From: Escherichia coli
GTDB lineage: Bacteria > Pseudomonadota > Gammaproteobacteria > Enterobacterales > Enterobacteriaceae
Strand: one strand, 5' to 3'
Length of the DNA stretch: 64,000 nt
NCBI RefSeq assembly: GCF_003334385.1
Contig: NZ_QOWN01000002.1
Shown: positions 53,352 through 63,968 of the stretch, in pieces
Layout: each line of letters opens with the position of its first letter
How positions within the stretch are numbered: the first letter of the stretch is position 1
Notes under the pieces: model-generated
The model's database searches: none
What the model saw: the letters and a program-made list of their open reading frames with translations, nothing else
What the model was told of the DNA's origin: nothing
Program-made: the position numbers and the translations under genes

Positions 53352-54023
53352 ATGAAACGGACAAAATCCATACGCCACGCATCGTTCCGCAAAAACTGGA
53401 GCGCACGCCATCTGACACCAGTCGCTCTCGCGGTTGCCACTGTTTTTATGCTGGCTGGCTGTGAAAAGAGTGATGAAACAGTGTCTCTCTATCAAAATGC
53501 TGACGACTGTTCAGCTGCAAACCCAGGCAAAAGCGCCGAATGTACCACCGCGTACAACAATGCGCTGAAAGAAGCCGAACGTACTGCGCCGAAATACGCC
53601 ACCCGTGAAGACTGTGTTGCTGAATTTGGTGAAGGTCAGTGCCAGCAGGCACCAGCCCAGGCTGGCATGGCACCAGAAAACCAGGCGCAGGCCCAGCAAT
53701 CCAGCGGGAGTTTCTGGATGCCGCTGATGGCCGGTTACATGATGGGGCGTCTGATGGGCGGCGGCGCGGGATTTGCACAGCAGCCGCTGTTCTCCTCGAA
53801 AAACCCAGCCAGTCCGGCTTACGGTAAATATACCGACGCGACGGGTAAAAACTATGGCGCAGCCCAGCCAGGCCGCACCATGACCGTACCGAAGACGGCA
53901 ATGGCACCAAAACCGGCGACCACCACTACCGTTACCCGTGGCGGTTTTGGTGAATCTGTTGCCAAACAAAGCACTATGCAGCGTAGTGCAACCGGTACCT
54001 CTTCTCGTTCAATGGGTGGCTGA
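53352..54023 (+). CDS. ygiB: DUF1190 lipoprotein YgiB
   Basis: [37 protein letters not shown] (lipobox LAGC). Gln/Ala/Gly/Met-rich low-complexity centre. 223 aa. Confidence 0.9.
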
Positions 54024-54028
54024 TACCG

Positions 54029-55189
54029 ATGGAAAGAGTCAGTATTACCGAGCGCCCGGACTGGCGTGAGAAAGCCCACGAATACGGTTTCAATTTTCAC
54101 ACCATGTACGGCGAGCCGTACTGGTGTGAAGATGCTTACTACAAGTTGACCCTCGCCCAGGTTGAAAAGCTGGAAGAAGTCACCGCCGAACTGCACCAGA
54201 TGTGCCTGAAAGTGGTGGAAAAAGTGATCGCCAGCGATGAGCTGATGACCAAATTCCGCATTCCAAAACACACCTGGAGTTTTGTGCGCCAGTCATGGCT
54301 GACGCACCAGCCATCGCTTTATTCGCGTCTTGATCTGGCGTGGGATGGCACTGGTGAACCTAAACTTCTGGAAAATAACGCCGATACGCCAACGTCACTA
54401 TACGAGGCGGCGTTCTTTCAGTGGATCTGGCTGGAAGATCAGCTTAACGCCGGTAACTTGCCGGAGGGCAGCGACCAGTTTAACAGTCTGCAAGAAAAAC
54501 TGATCGATCGCTTCGTTGAGCTGCGTGAACAGTATGGCTTCCAGTTGCTGCATCTCACCTGCTGTCGCGACACGGTGGAAGATCGCGGAACCATTCAGTA
54601 TTTGCAGGACTGCGCAACGGAAGCTGAAATTGCTACTGAGTTCCTCTACATCGATGATATCGGGTTAGGTGAAAAAGGTCAGTTCACGGATTTACAGGAT
54701 CAGGTAATTTCCAACCTGTTCAAACTGTATCCGTGGGAATTTATGTTGCGTGAGATGTTCTCAACCAAGCTGGAGGATGCAGGCGTACGCTGGCTGGAAC
54801 CGGCGTGGAAGAGCATTATCTCCAACAAGGCACTTCTACCGCTACTGTGGGAGATGTTCCCGAATCACCCGAACCTGCTGCCCGCTTATTTTGCGGAAGA
54901 TGATCATCCGCAAATGGAAAAATATGTGGTTAAACCGATCTTCTCCCGTGAAGGCGCAAACGTGTCGATCATTGAGAACGGCAAAACCATTGAAGCAGCG
55001 GAAGGTCCGTATGGCGAAGAAGGGATGATTGTTCAGCAATTCCACCCGTTACCGAAATTCGGCGACAGCTATATGCTGATTGGTAGCTGGCTGGTGAACG
55101 ATCAACCCGCCGGAATTGGCATTCGTGAAGACCGTGCATTGATCACCCAGGATATGTCTCGGTTTTATCCACATATTTTTGTTGAATAA
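54029..55189 (+). CDS. ygiC: glutathionylspermidine-synthetase-like ATP-grasp ligase YgiC (substrate unknown)
   Basis: 386 aa. It shares blocks with the Gss C-terminal domain in this same window: [16 protein letters not shown] vs ILPILWSLFPHHRYLL, and [15 protein letters not shown] vs VKPIAGRCGSNIDLV. Confidence 0.93.
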
Positions 55190-55196
55190 GCCACGA

Positions 55197-55222
55197 TACC
55201 GGATGGCACTCGCCATCCGGTA
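55197..55222. terminator. hairpin between convergent ygiC and ygiD
   Basis: taccggatggc (55197-55207) pairs with gccatccggta (55212-55222). Confidence 0.6.
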
Positions 55223-55226
55223 ATTG

Positions 55227-56015
55227 TTAGCCTATCTGCACCGACAGCATACTCAGGCTGCCCATTTCTATACCCTCAACCGGAATGGTAATTGGCTCCT
55301 GCCCATCCCACGCACCTAACACATACAACAACGGCAAATAATGCTCTGGCGTTGGGTTCGATAACGTGCCACCTTCATGGTCGAGGTAATTCACCAGAGG
55401 ATGTTGTTCCACTGGCCCTTGCCACGTCAGATTCGCTTTCACATACTCATTAAACGACGTCGCCCACGGATACGGTGAACTATCACCGTGCCACTTCACT
55501 GTGCGCAGGTTATGCACCACGTTACCGCTGGCGACCAACATTATTCCTTCATCTCGCAGCGCTGCCAGTTTGCGCCCCATTTCGAAATGCCAGGCGGCAG
55601 GTTTGCTACTGTCGATACTCAACTGCACCATCGGGATATCAGCGTCAGGATACATCTTAATCAGCACGCCCCACGAGCCGTGGTCAAAGCCCCAGGCTTC
55701 TTTATCCAGCGTCACCGGGATCGGCGCTAACAGCTCAACCAGACGCTGTGCCAGCGCAGGCGAACCCGGAGCAGGATAATGCGTATCGTACAGCGCCTGC
55801 GGGAAGCCACCAAAGTCATGAATCGTGGGCGGCGTCTCCATCGCGGTCACTCCTGTTCCACGGGTAAACCAGTGAGCCGAAACCACCACAATCGCTTGCG
55901 GGCGTGGCAATGTCATCCCCAACTTCTGCCAGCTGCGGGTATACAAATTATCTTCCAGCACGTTCATCGGACTACCGTGACCTAAAAACAATGCTGGCAT
56001 ACGTGTTGAAGACAT
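55227..56015 (-). CDS. ygiD: 4,5-DOPA dioxygenase extradiol YgiD
   Basis: MSSTRMPALFLGHGSPMNVLEDN... The ORF extends to 56042 (271 aa). The internal ATG giving 262 aa is preferred from memory of the K-12 annotation. Confidence 0.88.
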   Translation of the reverse strand: MSSTRMPALFLGHGSPMNVLEDNLYTRSWQKLGMTLPRPQAIVVVSAHWFTRGTGVTAMETPPTIHDFGGFPQALYDTHYPAPGSPALAQRLVELLAPIPVTLDKEAWGFDHGSWGVLIKMYPDADIPMVQLSIDSSKPAAWHFEMGRKLAALRDEGIMLVASGNVVHNLRTVKWHGDSSPYPWATSFNEYVKANLTWQGPVEQHPLVNYLDHEGGTLSNPTPEHYLPLLYVLGAWDGQEPITIPVEGIEMGSLSMLSVQIG

Positions 56016-56157
56016 GATGATATCCTTAACTAAAGGTGTCATTTTGATATCCTCACAATACGCTTGTTCGGCGGAGTAAGAACCCGGATAACAATGATGA
56101 TGATCATCAGTTATTTTGACGATCTGCCTGAAGGTGAAGATTTATAAGGAGTTGTCG

Positions 56158-56931
56158 ATGTCAGTACCTCTCATTCTGACCATACTGGCGGGGGCAGCCA
56201 CGTTTATTGGCGCGTTTCTCGGCGTTCTCGGGCAAAAACCCTCGAACCGCTTACTGGCGTTTTCGCTAGGTTTTGCGGCGGGGATCATGTTGCTCATCTC
56301 ATTAATGGAAATGCTTCCTGCCGCACTAGCAGCTGAAGGAATGTCGCCTGTGTTGGGTTATGGAATGTTTATCTTCGGTCTGCTTGGCTATTTTGGCCTG
56401 GACCGCATGTTGCCACATGCTCATCCGCAGGATTTAATGCAAAAATCGGTGCAGCCGTTGCCAAAATCGATCAAGCGCACAGCCATTCTGCTCACTCTCG
56501 GCATCAGTCTGCATAACTTCCCGGAAGGGATTGCCACCTTTGTCACGGCGAGCAGCAACCTGGAGCTGGGATTTGGCATCGCACTGGCCGTCGCGTTGCA
56601 CAATATCCCTGAAGGTCTGGCAGTGGCAGGCCCGGTTTATGCGGCAACGGGGTCTAAACGCACCGCGATTCTGTGGGCGGGAATTTCTGGACTAGCAGAA
56701 ATTCTTGGTGGTGTGCTGGCGTGGTTAATCCTCGGTAGCATGATTTCCCCGGTGGTCATGGCGGCAATCATGGCGGCGGTTGCAGGAATTATGGTGGCGC
56801 TCTCGGTTGATGAATTAATGCCGCTCGCCAAAGAGATTGACCCTAATAATAACCCCAGCTATGGCGTACTATGTGGAATGTCAGTGATGGGATTCAGTTT
56901 AGTGCTGCTACAAACGGCGGGAATTGGTTAA
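56158..56931 (+). CDS. zupT: ZIP-family divalent metal transporter ZupT
   Basis: [25 protein letters not shown]... is recognised, 257 aa. The internal ATG of ORF 56116..56931 is taken. Confidence 0.95.
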
Positions 56932-56940
56932 AAACAACAT

Positions 56941-56971
56941 CAGAAGTTGTCCAGCGCATGGACAACTTCTG
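56941..56971. terminator. bidirectional hairpin terminator (zupT / small ORF)
   Basis: Perfect 13-bp stem: cagaagttgtcca (56941-56953) pairs with tggacaacttctg (56959-56971), loop gcgca. Confidence 0.7.
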
Positions 56972-56988
56972 CCAGCTTCACGAAAGCC

Positions 56989-57159
56989 TTATTCTACCTT
57001 TTCGGCTGTCTCTTCTCTCGTACTGTTTAAGTATTTGTTCCGCGCTTCAAGCAGTGCGTCTCTGTCCTGGCGAAACGCCCGACAATAACGTTTCAAATGC
57101 AGGAAATAACCCACCACAACCAGAGCAATCAATACAATCCAGTACCAGGCGATAAACAT
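56989..57159 (-). CDS. small single-pass membrane protein (56 aa)
   Basis: MFIAWYWIVLIALVVVGYFLHLKRYCRAFRQDRDALLEARNKYLNSTREETAEKVE has one TM helix and a charged tail. ATG at 57157-57159 with AAGGG 7 nt upstream. The longer ORF to 57183 would start at TTG. Confidence 0.55.
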   Translation of the reverse strand: MFIAWYWIVLIALVVVGYFLHLKRYCRAFRQDRDALLEARNKYLNSTREETAEKVE

Positions 57160-57348
57160 CCTTTTACCCTTAATATTTAACAATACTAAACATTTAGCGT
57201 ATAAATTTCACATATCCTTTTTCGGATATATTCATATGGTCGCATAATAACGGAACAATTATATGATTTTGATCATAATGAAAAAGAATGCCTGATATTA
57301 ATGAAATTTTCTCATAGAAAGAGAAGCGGAATTAACATCTTGCATAGC

Positions 57349-57388
57349 AGGGAAAAATAAAAACCGAAGCCTGCTACAACTTCGGTTT
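57349..57388 (-). terminator. rho-independent terminator of ribB
   Basis: On the minus strand, aaaccgaag-ttgtagcagg-cttcggttt is followed by tttatttttc. Confidence 0.8.
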
Positions 57389-57420
57389 CTTGATTAAGGC
57401 AGTAAATTAAGCAGCGGTTT

Positions 57421-58074
57421 TCAGCTGGCTTTACGCTCATGTGCCTGACGGTATGCCACCAGGTCTTCAATAGTCACGAGCGCCATATTGTGTTTATTGG
57501 CAAACTCAATACACTCTGGTGCACGCGCCATCGTGCCATCGTCATTAGTCAGCTCACACAGTACACCAGCCGGTTTAAAGCCTGCCAGCGTCATCAGATC
57601 AATAGTTGCTTCAGTATGACCGCCACGCGTCAGTACACCACCTGCCTGAGCGCGAAGTGGGAAAACGTGGCCAGGACGATTCAGATCTGACGGTTTTGCG
57701 CCATCGGCAATCGCTGCGCGAACGGTCGTAATACGGTCAGCGGCAGAAACACCGGTAGTCACACCTTCAGCTGCTTCAATGGTCACGGTAAAACCGGTGC
57801 CATAGGCGCTGGTGTTATTTTCTACCATCATTGGCAGATCGAGTTGTTTACGGCGATCTTCAGTAATGCACAGGCAAACAATACCGCTACCGTGGCGAAT
57901 GGTCAGCGCCATCTGCTCAACAGTCATGGTTTCTGCCGGGAAGATCATATCACCTTCGTTTTCACGGTCTTCATCATCAAGCACCATTACACCGCGTCCT
58001 TCACGCAGCGCAGCCAGTGCATTTTCAACACGTTCGAAAGGCGTACCAAAAGAGGAAAGTAGCGTCTGATTCAT
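57421..58074 (-). CDS. ribB: 3,4-dihydroxy-2-butanone-4-phosphate synthase
   Basis: 217 aa, [42 protein letters not shown]... is recognised. Confidence 0.97.
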   Translation of the reverse strand: MNQTLLSSFGTPFERVENALAALREGRGVMVLDDEDRENEGDMIFPAETMTVEQMALTIRHGSGIVCLCITEDRRKQLDLPMMVENNTSAYGTGFTVTIEAAEGVTTGVSAADRITTVRAAIADGAKPSDLNRPGHVFPLRAQAGGVLTRGGHTEATIDLMTLAGFKPAGVLCELTNDDGTMARAPECIEFANKHNMALVTIEDLVAYRQAHERKAS

Positions 58075-58177
58075 GGTAAAAAAACCTCACTAAAATTATG
58101 GTTACCAGAATCAGGGCAGTCTTAGGAGTGGCGGCATATAGCCAAAATAACGTGAGCGGGTCCATGCCCGACAGAAT

Positions 58178-58330
58178 CGTTACTCTCTCCCATCCGGACT
58201 CTAACCGTCGGCCCCGGAATTACACCGGATCTGCTGTCCTTTGAGTTCGCACCCAAAGCGCTCGCGGGCTTTCAACTGAGTTGATTTACCGCCGGTGGGG
58301 AATTTCGCCCCGCCCTGAGAATAAGCGGAT
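58178..58330 (-). ncRNA. FMN riboswitch (RFN element) in the ribB 5' leader
   Basis: The minus strand reads gcttattctcagggcggggcgaaattccccaccggcggtaaa...agcccgcgagcg...ggtgtaattccggggccgacggttagagtccggatgggagaga. These are conserved RFN core strings. Boundaries are approximate. Confidence 0.85.
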
Positions 58331-58447
58331 TCACTATAACGCTAATGATTAGCGGCAGCAACGCATAGCTTCACATAATTCTGGTTTATGACTTACCCTT
58401 ATCGCACTACAATGGCACTCAACACCTATCAGTACAGGGAAACTACA

Positions 58448-58738
58448 ATGATTGACCCGAAAAAAATTGAGCAAATCGCTCGCCAGGTTCACGAATCAAT
58501 GCCTAAAGGAATCAGGGAGTTCGGGGAAGATGTGGAGAAAAAAATCCGCCAAACCCTACAAGCGCAGCTGACGCGCCTCGACCTTGTAAGCCGTGAAGAG
58601 TTCGACGTCCAAACGCAAGTCCTGTTACGGACTCGTGAAAAACTGGCGCTGCTTGAACAAAGAATCAGCGAACTGGAAAATCGCAGTACTGAGATCAAAA
58701 AGCAGCCAGATCCAGAGACTCTCCCCCCAACGCTGTAA
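58448..58738 (+). CDS. ubiK: ubiquinone biosynthesis accessory factor UbiK (YqiC, BMFP family)
   Basis: [35 protein letters not shown]... is recognised. The internal ATG (58448) of ORF 58388..58738 is taken. Confidence 0.9.
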
Positions 58739-59021
58739 ACATTCGTCTTTAATGCACTGTAAATTATGAATTAATCCTCTAATTTATAGTGCTTTCTATT
58801 ACCTTATCGCGTAATCCCATTCAGAAAACCATCACAAAAATGAATGAGTACAATTGAAAGTATAATTGCAATGTATTTTTTAAGTTTTACTTAATCGATA
58901 TTTAGATAAACTAATTTTATAAAAAACACAAAATAAAATATCATATTTCAATGATTAGTAGTCCTTAAATAACAGTTACTAATCATTCTCTTTTCTACTT
59001 ATCTTTATATAAAGGAATATT

Positions 59022-59573
59022 ATGTCCGCTTTTAAAAAGTCACTTCTTGTTGCTGGCGTAGCAATGATTCTTTCCAATAACGTGTTTGCTGATGAAGGTC
59101 ACGGTATTGTTAAATTTAAAGGTGAAGTTATCTCTGCTCCATGTTCTATTAAACCAGGTGACGAAGATTTAACTGTAAATCTGGGTGAAGTAGCAGATAC
59201 CGTACTGAAAAGCGATCAGAAATCTTTGGCTGAACCTTTCACTATTCACCTGCAGGATTGCATGCTGAGTCAGGGTGGAACTACTTATTCAAAAGCGAAG
59301 GTTACTTTCACTACAGCAAATACCATGACGGGTCAGTCTGATCTTCTGAAAAATACCAAAGAAACTGAAATCGGCGGCGCCACTGGCGTTGGCGTACGTA
59401 TTATGGACAGCCAGAGCGGCGAAGTAACTTTAGGTACTCCGGTAGTAATTACGTTCAACAATACCAACAGCTATCAGGAACTGAATTTCAAAGCTCGTAT
59501 GGAATCCCCAAGCAAAGATGCCACCCCGGGCAACGTTTACGCTCAGGCTGACTACAAGATTGCTTACGAGTAA
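59022..59573 (+). CDS. ygiL: fimbrial major subunit YgiL
   Basis: 183 aa. Signal peptide, type-1 pilin-like Cys pair and a C-terminal ...YKIAYE beta-strand. Confidence 0.9.
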   Translation: MSAFKKSLLVAGVAMILSNNVFADEGHGIVKFKGEVISAPCSIKPGDEDLTVNLGEVADTVLKSDQKSLAEPFTIHLQDCMLSQGGTTYSKAKVTFTTANTMTGQSDLLKNTKETEIGGATGVGVRIMDSQSGEVTLGTPVVITFNNTNSYQELNFKARMESPSKDATPGNVYAQADYKIAYE

Positions 59574-59580
59574 TCGCATT

Positions 59581-59600
59581 TGGCCGGGTTCGCCCGGCCA
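59581..59600 (+). terminator. intra-operon hairpin after the major pilin gene
   Basis: tggccggg-ttcg-cccggcca directly after the ygiL stop. This is the usual position for an attenuating stem-loop in chaperone-usher operons. Confidence 0.5.
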
Positions 59601-59623
59601 CATCATTAACGGATTAATGATAA

Positions 59624-62137
59624 GTGGATCAGATGTATAAAAAATTAAAATTAACCACAATAAGCGAATTGATTAAAAATATTTATTGTTCATTATCCGT
59701 TATCATCATTGGTTGTGCGTCAGCTTATGCCGTTGAATTCAACAAAGATTTAATCGAAGCCGAAGATCGTGAAAACGTTAACCTTTCCCAATTTGAAACT
59801 GATGGCCAATTACCCGTCGGCAAATATTCACTAAGCACTCTGATTAATAATAAGAGGACGCCAATCCACCTTGACCTCCAATGGGTATTAATTGATAACC
59901 AAACTGCAGTTTGCGTGACACCAGAGCAATTAACATTATTAGGATTTACTGATGAATTTATTGAAAAAACTCAGCAAAACCTGATCGATGGTTGTTACCC
60001 TATCGAAAAAGAAAAACAAATTACAACTTATCTCGATAAAGGGAAAATGCAATTATCCATATCTGCACCTCAGGCATGGTTAAAATACAAAGATGCAAAC
60101 TGGACGCCTCCTGAACTTTGGAATCATGGTATTGCTGGGGCATTTCTTGACTACAATTTATATGCCTCTCATTATGCACCACATCAGGGCGATAATTCGC
60201 AAAATATAAGTTCCTATGGGCAGGCTGGGGTTAATCTTGGGGCCTGGCGCCTGCGTACTGATTACCAGTACGATCAGTCATTTAACAATGGCAAAAGCCA
60301 GGCGACCAACCTGGATTTTCCGCGTATTTATTTGTTTCGCCCAATCCCAGCAATGAATGCAAAACTAACTATAGGTCAATACGATACTGAATCCTCTATT
60401 TTCGACTCTTTCCATTTTTCTGGCATTTCGTTGAAAAGCGATGAGAATATGTTACCGCCAGACCTACGTGGTTACGCACCGCAAATCACGGGTGTCGCAC
60501 AAACGAATGCAAAGGTCACTGTCTCACAGAACAACCGTATTATTTATCAAGAAAATGTTCCTCCAGGCCCATTTGCTATTACCAATTTATTCAATACATT
60601 ACAGGGGCAACTTGACGTCAAGGTTGAAGAAGAGGACGGACGCGTTACGCAATGGCAAGTTGCATCTAATAGTATTCCTTATCTGACGCGTAAAGGGCAG
60701 ATTCGCTACACCACTGCTATGGGTAAACCGACCAGCGTTGGTGGTGATTCCTTACAACAACCCTTCTTCTGGACTGGTGAATTCTCATGGGGTTGGCTGA
60801 ACAATGTATCCCTGTATGGTGGTTCAGTTTTAACAAACCGTGATTATCAATCTCTGGCTGCCGGCGTTGGTTTTAACCTTAACTCATTAGGTTCATTATC
60901 TTTTGATGTCACACGATCTGATGCTCAGTTGCATAATCAGGATAAAGAAACGGGTTATAGCTACCGCGCTAACTATTCAAAACGTTTTGAATCTACCGGT
61001 AGCCAACTCACTTTCGCTGGTTACCGTTTCTCTGATAAAAACTTTGTGACAATGAATGAATATATCAATGACACTAACCATTACACGAATTATCAGAATG
61101 AAAAAGAGAGTTATATTGTCACGTTTAACCAGTATCTTGAATCATTAAGGTTAAATACATACGTAAGTTTGGCTCGTAATACTTACTGGGACGCCAGCAG
61201 TAATGTGAATTATTCATTATCACTTAGCCGCGATTTTGATATCGGGCCATTAAAAAACGTCTCCACTTCTCTAACATTTAGCCGAATAAACTGGGAAGAA
61301 GACAACCAGGATCAACTGTACCTAAATATTTCGATTCCCTGGGGAACTAGTAGAACATTGAGCTATGGTATGCAACGAAATCAGGATAATGAGATTTCGC
61401 ATACTGCTTCGTGGTATGACTCTTCCGATCGAAATAATTCCTGGAGCGTTTCTGCTTCAGGCGACAATGATGAATTCAAAGATATGAAAGCGTCACTACG
61501 CGCCAGTTATCAGCATAATACCGAGAACGGTCGACTCTACCTCTCCGGTACATCACAGCGAGACAGTTATTATTCTCTGAATGCCAGTTGGAATGGTTCA
61601 TTCACTGCGACTCGCCACGGTGCCGCTTTCCACGACTATAGCGGTAGTGCTGACTCGCGTTTTATGATCGACGCAGACGGCACTGAAGATATTCCGTTGA
61701 ACAATAAACGCGCGGTAACTAATCGGTATGGCATCGGAGTTATTCCATCAGTCAGCAGTTACATAACAACATCATTAAGTGTTGATACCCGAAATCTGCC
61801 AGAAAATGTGGATATCGAAAACTCGGTTATCACCACCACCTTAACCGAGGGTGCTATTGGCTACGCCAAACTTGATACCCGCAAGGGCTACCAAATCATA
61901 GGGGTTATTCGCCTGGCAGATGGTAGTCATCCACCACTGGGGATTAGCGTAAAAGATGAAACCAGCCACAAAGAATTAGGACTGGTTGCTGATGGCGGCT
62001 TTGTATACCTCAACGGCATTCAGGATGATAACAAACTTGCTTTACGCTGGGGTGACAAATCTTGTTTTATTCAACCACCCAATAGCAGCAACTTAACCAC
62101 CGGAACGGCTATTTTACCGTGTATTAGCCAAAATTAA
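59624..62137 (+). CDS. yqiG: fimbrial outer-membrane usher YqiG (uninterrupted)
   Basis: 837-aa continuous ORF of the usher family. The start codon choice (59624 or 59633) is uncertain. Confidence 0.88.
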   Translation: MDQMYKKLKLTTISELIKNIYCSLSVIIIGCASAYAVEFNKDLIEAEDRENVNLSQFETDGQLPVGKYSLSTLINNKRTPIHLDLQWVLIDNQTAVCVTPEQLTLLGFTDEFIEKTQQNLIDGCYPIEKEKQITTYLDKGKMQLSISAPQAWLKYKDANWTPPELWNHGIAGAFLDYNLYASHYAPHQGDNSQNISSYGQAGVNLGAWRLRTDYQYDQSFNNGKSQATNLDFPRIYLFRPIPAMNAKLTIGQYDTESSIFDSFHFSGISLKSDENMLPPDLRGYAPQITGVAQTNAKVTVSQNNRIIYQENVPPGPFAITNLFNTLQGQLDVKVEEEDGRVTQWQVASNSIPYLTRKGQIRYTTAMGKPTSVGGDSLQQPFFWTGEFSWGWLNNVSLYGGSVLTNRDYQSLAAGVGFNLNSLGSLSFDVTRSDAQLHNQDKETGYSYRANYSKRFESTGSQLTFAGYRFSDKNFVTMNEYINDTNHYTNYQNEKESYIVTFNQYLESLRLNTYVSLARNTYWDASSNVNYSLSLSRDFDIGPLKNVSTSLTFSRINWEEDNQDQLYLNISIPWGTSRTLSYGMQRNQDNEISHTASWYDSSDRNNSWSVSASGDNDEFKDMKASLRASYQHNTENGRLYLSGTSQRDSYYSLNASWNGSFTATRHGAAFHDYSGSADSRFMIDADGTEDIPLNNKRAVTNRYGIGVIPSVSSYITTSLSVDTRNLPENVDIENSVITTTLTEGAIGYAKLDTRKGYQIIGVIRLADGSHPPLGISVKDETSHKELGLVADGGFVYLNGIQDDNKLALRWGDKSCFIQPPNSSNLTTGTAILPCISQN

Positions 62138-62152
62138 TTCAGGATGAAACTA

Positions 62153-62902
62153 ATGCGCTACTTAAATACAAAGAATATCATTGCAGCAGGAGTATTACTC
62201 TCCTGTATGAGCAGCATTGCCTGGGGTGCCATCATCCCGGATCGTACCCGTATCATAATGAATGAGTCAGATAAAGGCGAAGCATTAAAACTTACTAATC
62301 AAAGTAAAAACCTGCCCTATCTGGCCCAAACATGGATAGAAGATACGAAAGGCAATAAATCGCGTGACTTTATTGTCACTGTTCCTCCAATGGTGCGTTT
62401 AAATCCCAGTGAGCAAATTCAAATAAGAATGATAACTCAGGAAAAAATTGCTCAACTTCCTAAAGACAGAGAAACGCTCTTCTATTTTAACGTGCGAGAA
62501 ATACCGCCCAAAACAGATAAAAAAAATGTGATGCAAGTCACTATGCAGCACGCATTGAAACTATTCTGGCGGCCAAAAGCCATTGAATTAGAAGACGATG
62601 GGGTAATGACTTACGAAAAAGTTGAAATCATTCGTAGAAATGACGGTTCGATCCGCTTTAACAATAAGATGCCTTATCACGTTACGCTGGGTTATATCGG
62701 AACAAATGGGGTAACGATGTTACCACAAACGCAAAGCTTAATGGTAACCCCTTTTAGCTATGCAAATACGCAGTTTAAAAATGTTCCGTCAACTTTTCAG
62801 GTGGGTTATATCAATGACTTTGGTGGATTAAGTTTTTATGAAATAAACTGCCCTGTAGTAAATAACATTTGTAATATTTCTGTAGCCAACCGAGATCAAT
62901 AA
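62153..62902 (+). CDS. yqiH: periplasmic fimbrial chaperone YqiH
   Basis: PapD-like chaperone. The ORF opens at 62144 (MKLMRYL...). The ATG at 62153 gives the 249-aa form I recall for K-12. Confidence 0.88.
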   Translation: MRYLNTKNIIAAGVLLSCMSSIAWGAIIPDRTRIIMNESDKGEALKLTNQSKNLPYLAQTWIEDTKGNKSRDFIVTVPPMVRLNPSEQIQIRMITQEKIAQLPKDRETLFYFNVREIPPKTDKKNVMQVTMQHALKLFWRPKAIELEDDGVMTYEKVEIIRRNDGSIRFNNKMPYHVTLGYIGTNGVTMLPQTQSLMVTPFSYANTQFKNVPSTFQVGYINDFGGLSFYEINCPVVNNICNISVANRDQ

Positions 62903-62903
62903 T

Positions 62904-63968
62904 ATGCGCTACTTGTTAATTGTTATTACTTTTTTTATGGGTTTTAGTTCATTACCTGCATGGGCAATGGACTGCTATGCTGAACATGAAGGTGGAAATA
63001 CCGTTGTCATTGGTTACGTACCAAGAATCTCTATCCCCAGCGATGGTAAAAAAGGTGATAAAATCTGGCAAAGCAGTGAATATTTTATGAATGTTTTCTG
63101 TAATAATGCACTACCAGGCCCATCTCCAGGAGAAGAATACCCATCTGCATGGGCAAATATAATGATGTTGTTAGCATCAGGTCAAGACTTTTATAATCAA
63201 AACTCTTATACTTTCGGTGTAACTTATAATGGGGTTGATTATGATTCTACATCTCCACTACCTATTGCAGCACCTGTATGTATTGATATAAAAGGAGCCG
63301 GAACCTTCGGGAATGGCTACAAAAAGCCCGCAGTCTGTAGTGGCGGTCCTGAACCGCAATTATCAGTAACTTTTCCAGTACGAGTGCAGCTATATATTAA
63401 GCTAGCTAAAAATGCCAATAAAGTAAATAAAAAACTTGTATTACCTGACGAATATATAGCACTTGAATTTAAAGGTATGAGCGGAGCAGGTGCTATAGAA
63501 GTAGATAAAAATCTGACCTTCAGGATTCGCGGATTAAATAACATTCATGTCCTTGACTGCTTTGTTAATGTTGATCTGGAACCAGCTGATGGCGTTGTCG
63601 ACTTTGGTAAAATAAATTCCCGAACAATTAAAAATACCAGCGTGAGTGAGACGTTTAGCGTAGTCATGACCAAAGATCCGGGTGCGGCCTGTACTGAGCA
63701 GTTTAATATTTTAGGGAGTTTTTTCACTACGGATATTTTGAGTGATTATAGCCATCTGGATATAGGTAATGGTCTGCTATTGAAGATATTTCATAACGAT
63801 GGAACAGCAACGGAATTTAACCGCTTCTCACAATTTGCTTCTTTTTCATCGTCTAGTGCGCCTTCGGTCACCGCACCATTCAGGGCAGAACTGAGTGCGA
63901 ACCCGGCAGAAACGGTTGTTGAGGGACCGTTTAGTAAAGACGTAATCCTGAAAATCACCTATAACTAG
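62904..63968 (+). CDS. yqiI: fimbrial adhesin-like tip protein YqiI
   Basis: 354 aa. Signal peptide MRYLLIVITFFMGFSSLPAWA. It is the last gene of the operon, with a 1-nt gap after yqiH. Confidence 0.88.
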   Translation: MRYLLIVITFFMGFSSLPAWAMDCYAEHEGGNTVVIGYVPRISIPSDGKKGDKIWQSSEYFMNVFCNNALPGPSPGEEYPSAWANIMMLLASGQDFYNQNSYTFGVTYNGVDYDSTSPLPIAAPVCIDIKGAGTFGNGYKKPAVCSGGPEPQLSVTFPVRVQLYIKLAKNANKVNKKLVLPDEYIALEFKGMSGAGAIEVDKNLTFRIRGLNNIHVLDCFVNVDLEPADGVVDFGKINSRTIKNTSVSETFSVVMTKDPGAACTEQFNILGSFFTTDILSDYSHLDIGNGLLLKIFHNDGTATEFNRFSQFASFSSSSAPSVTAPFRAELSANPAETVVEGPFSKDVILKITYN

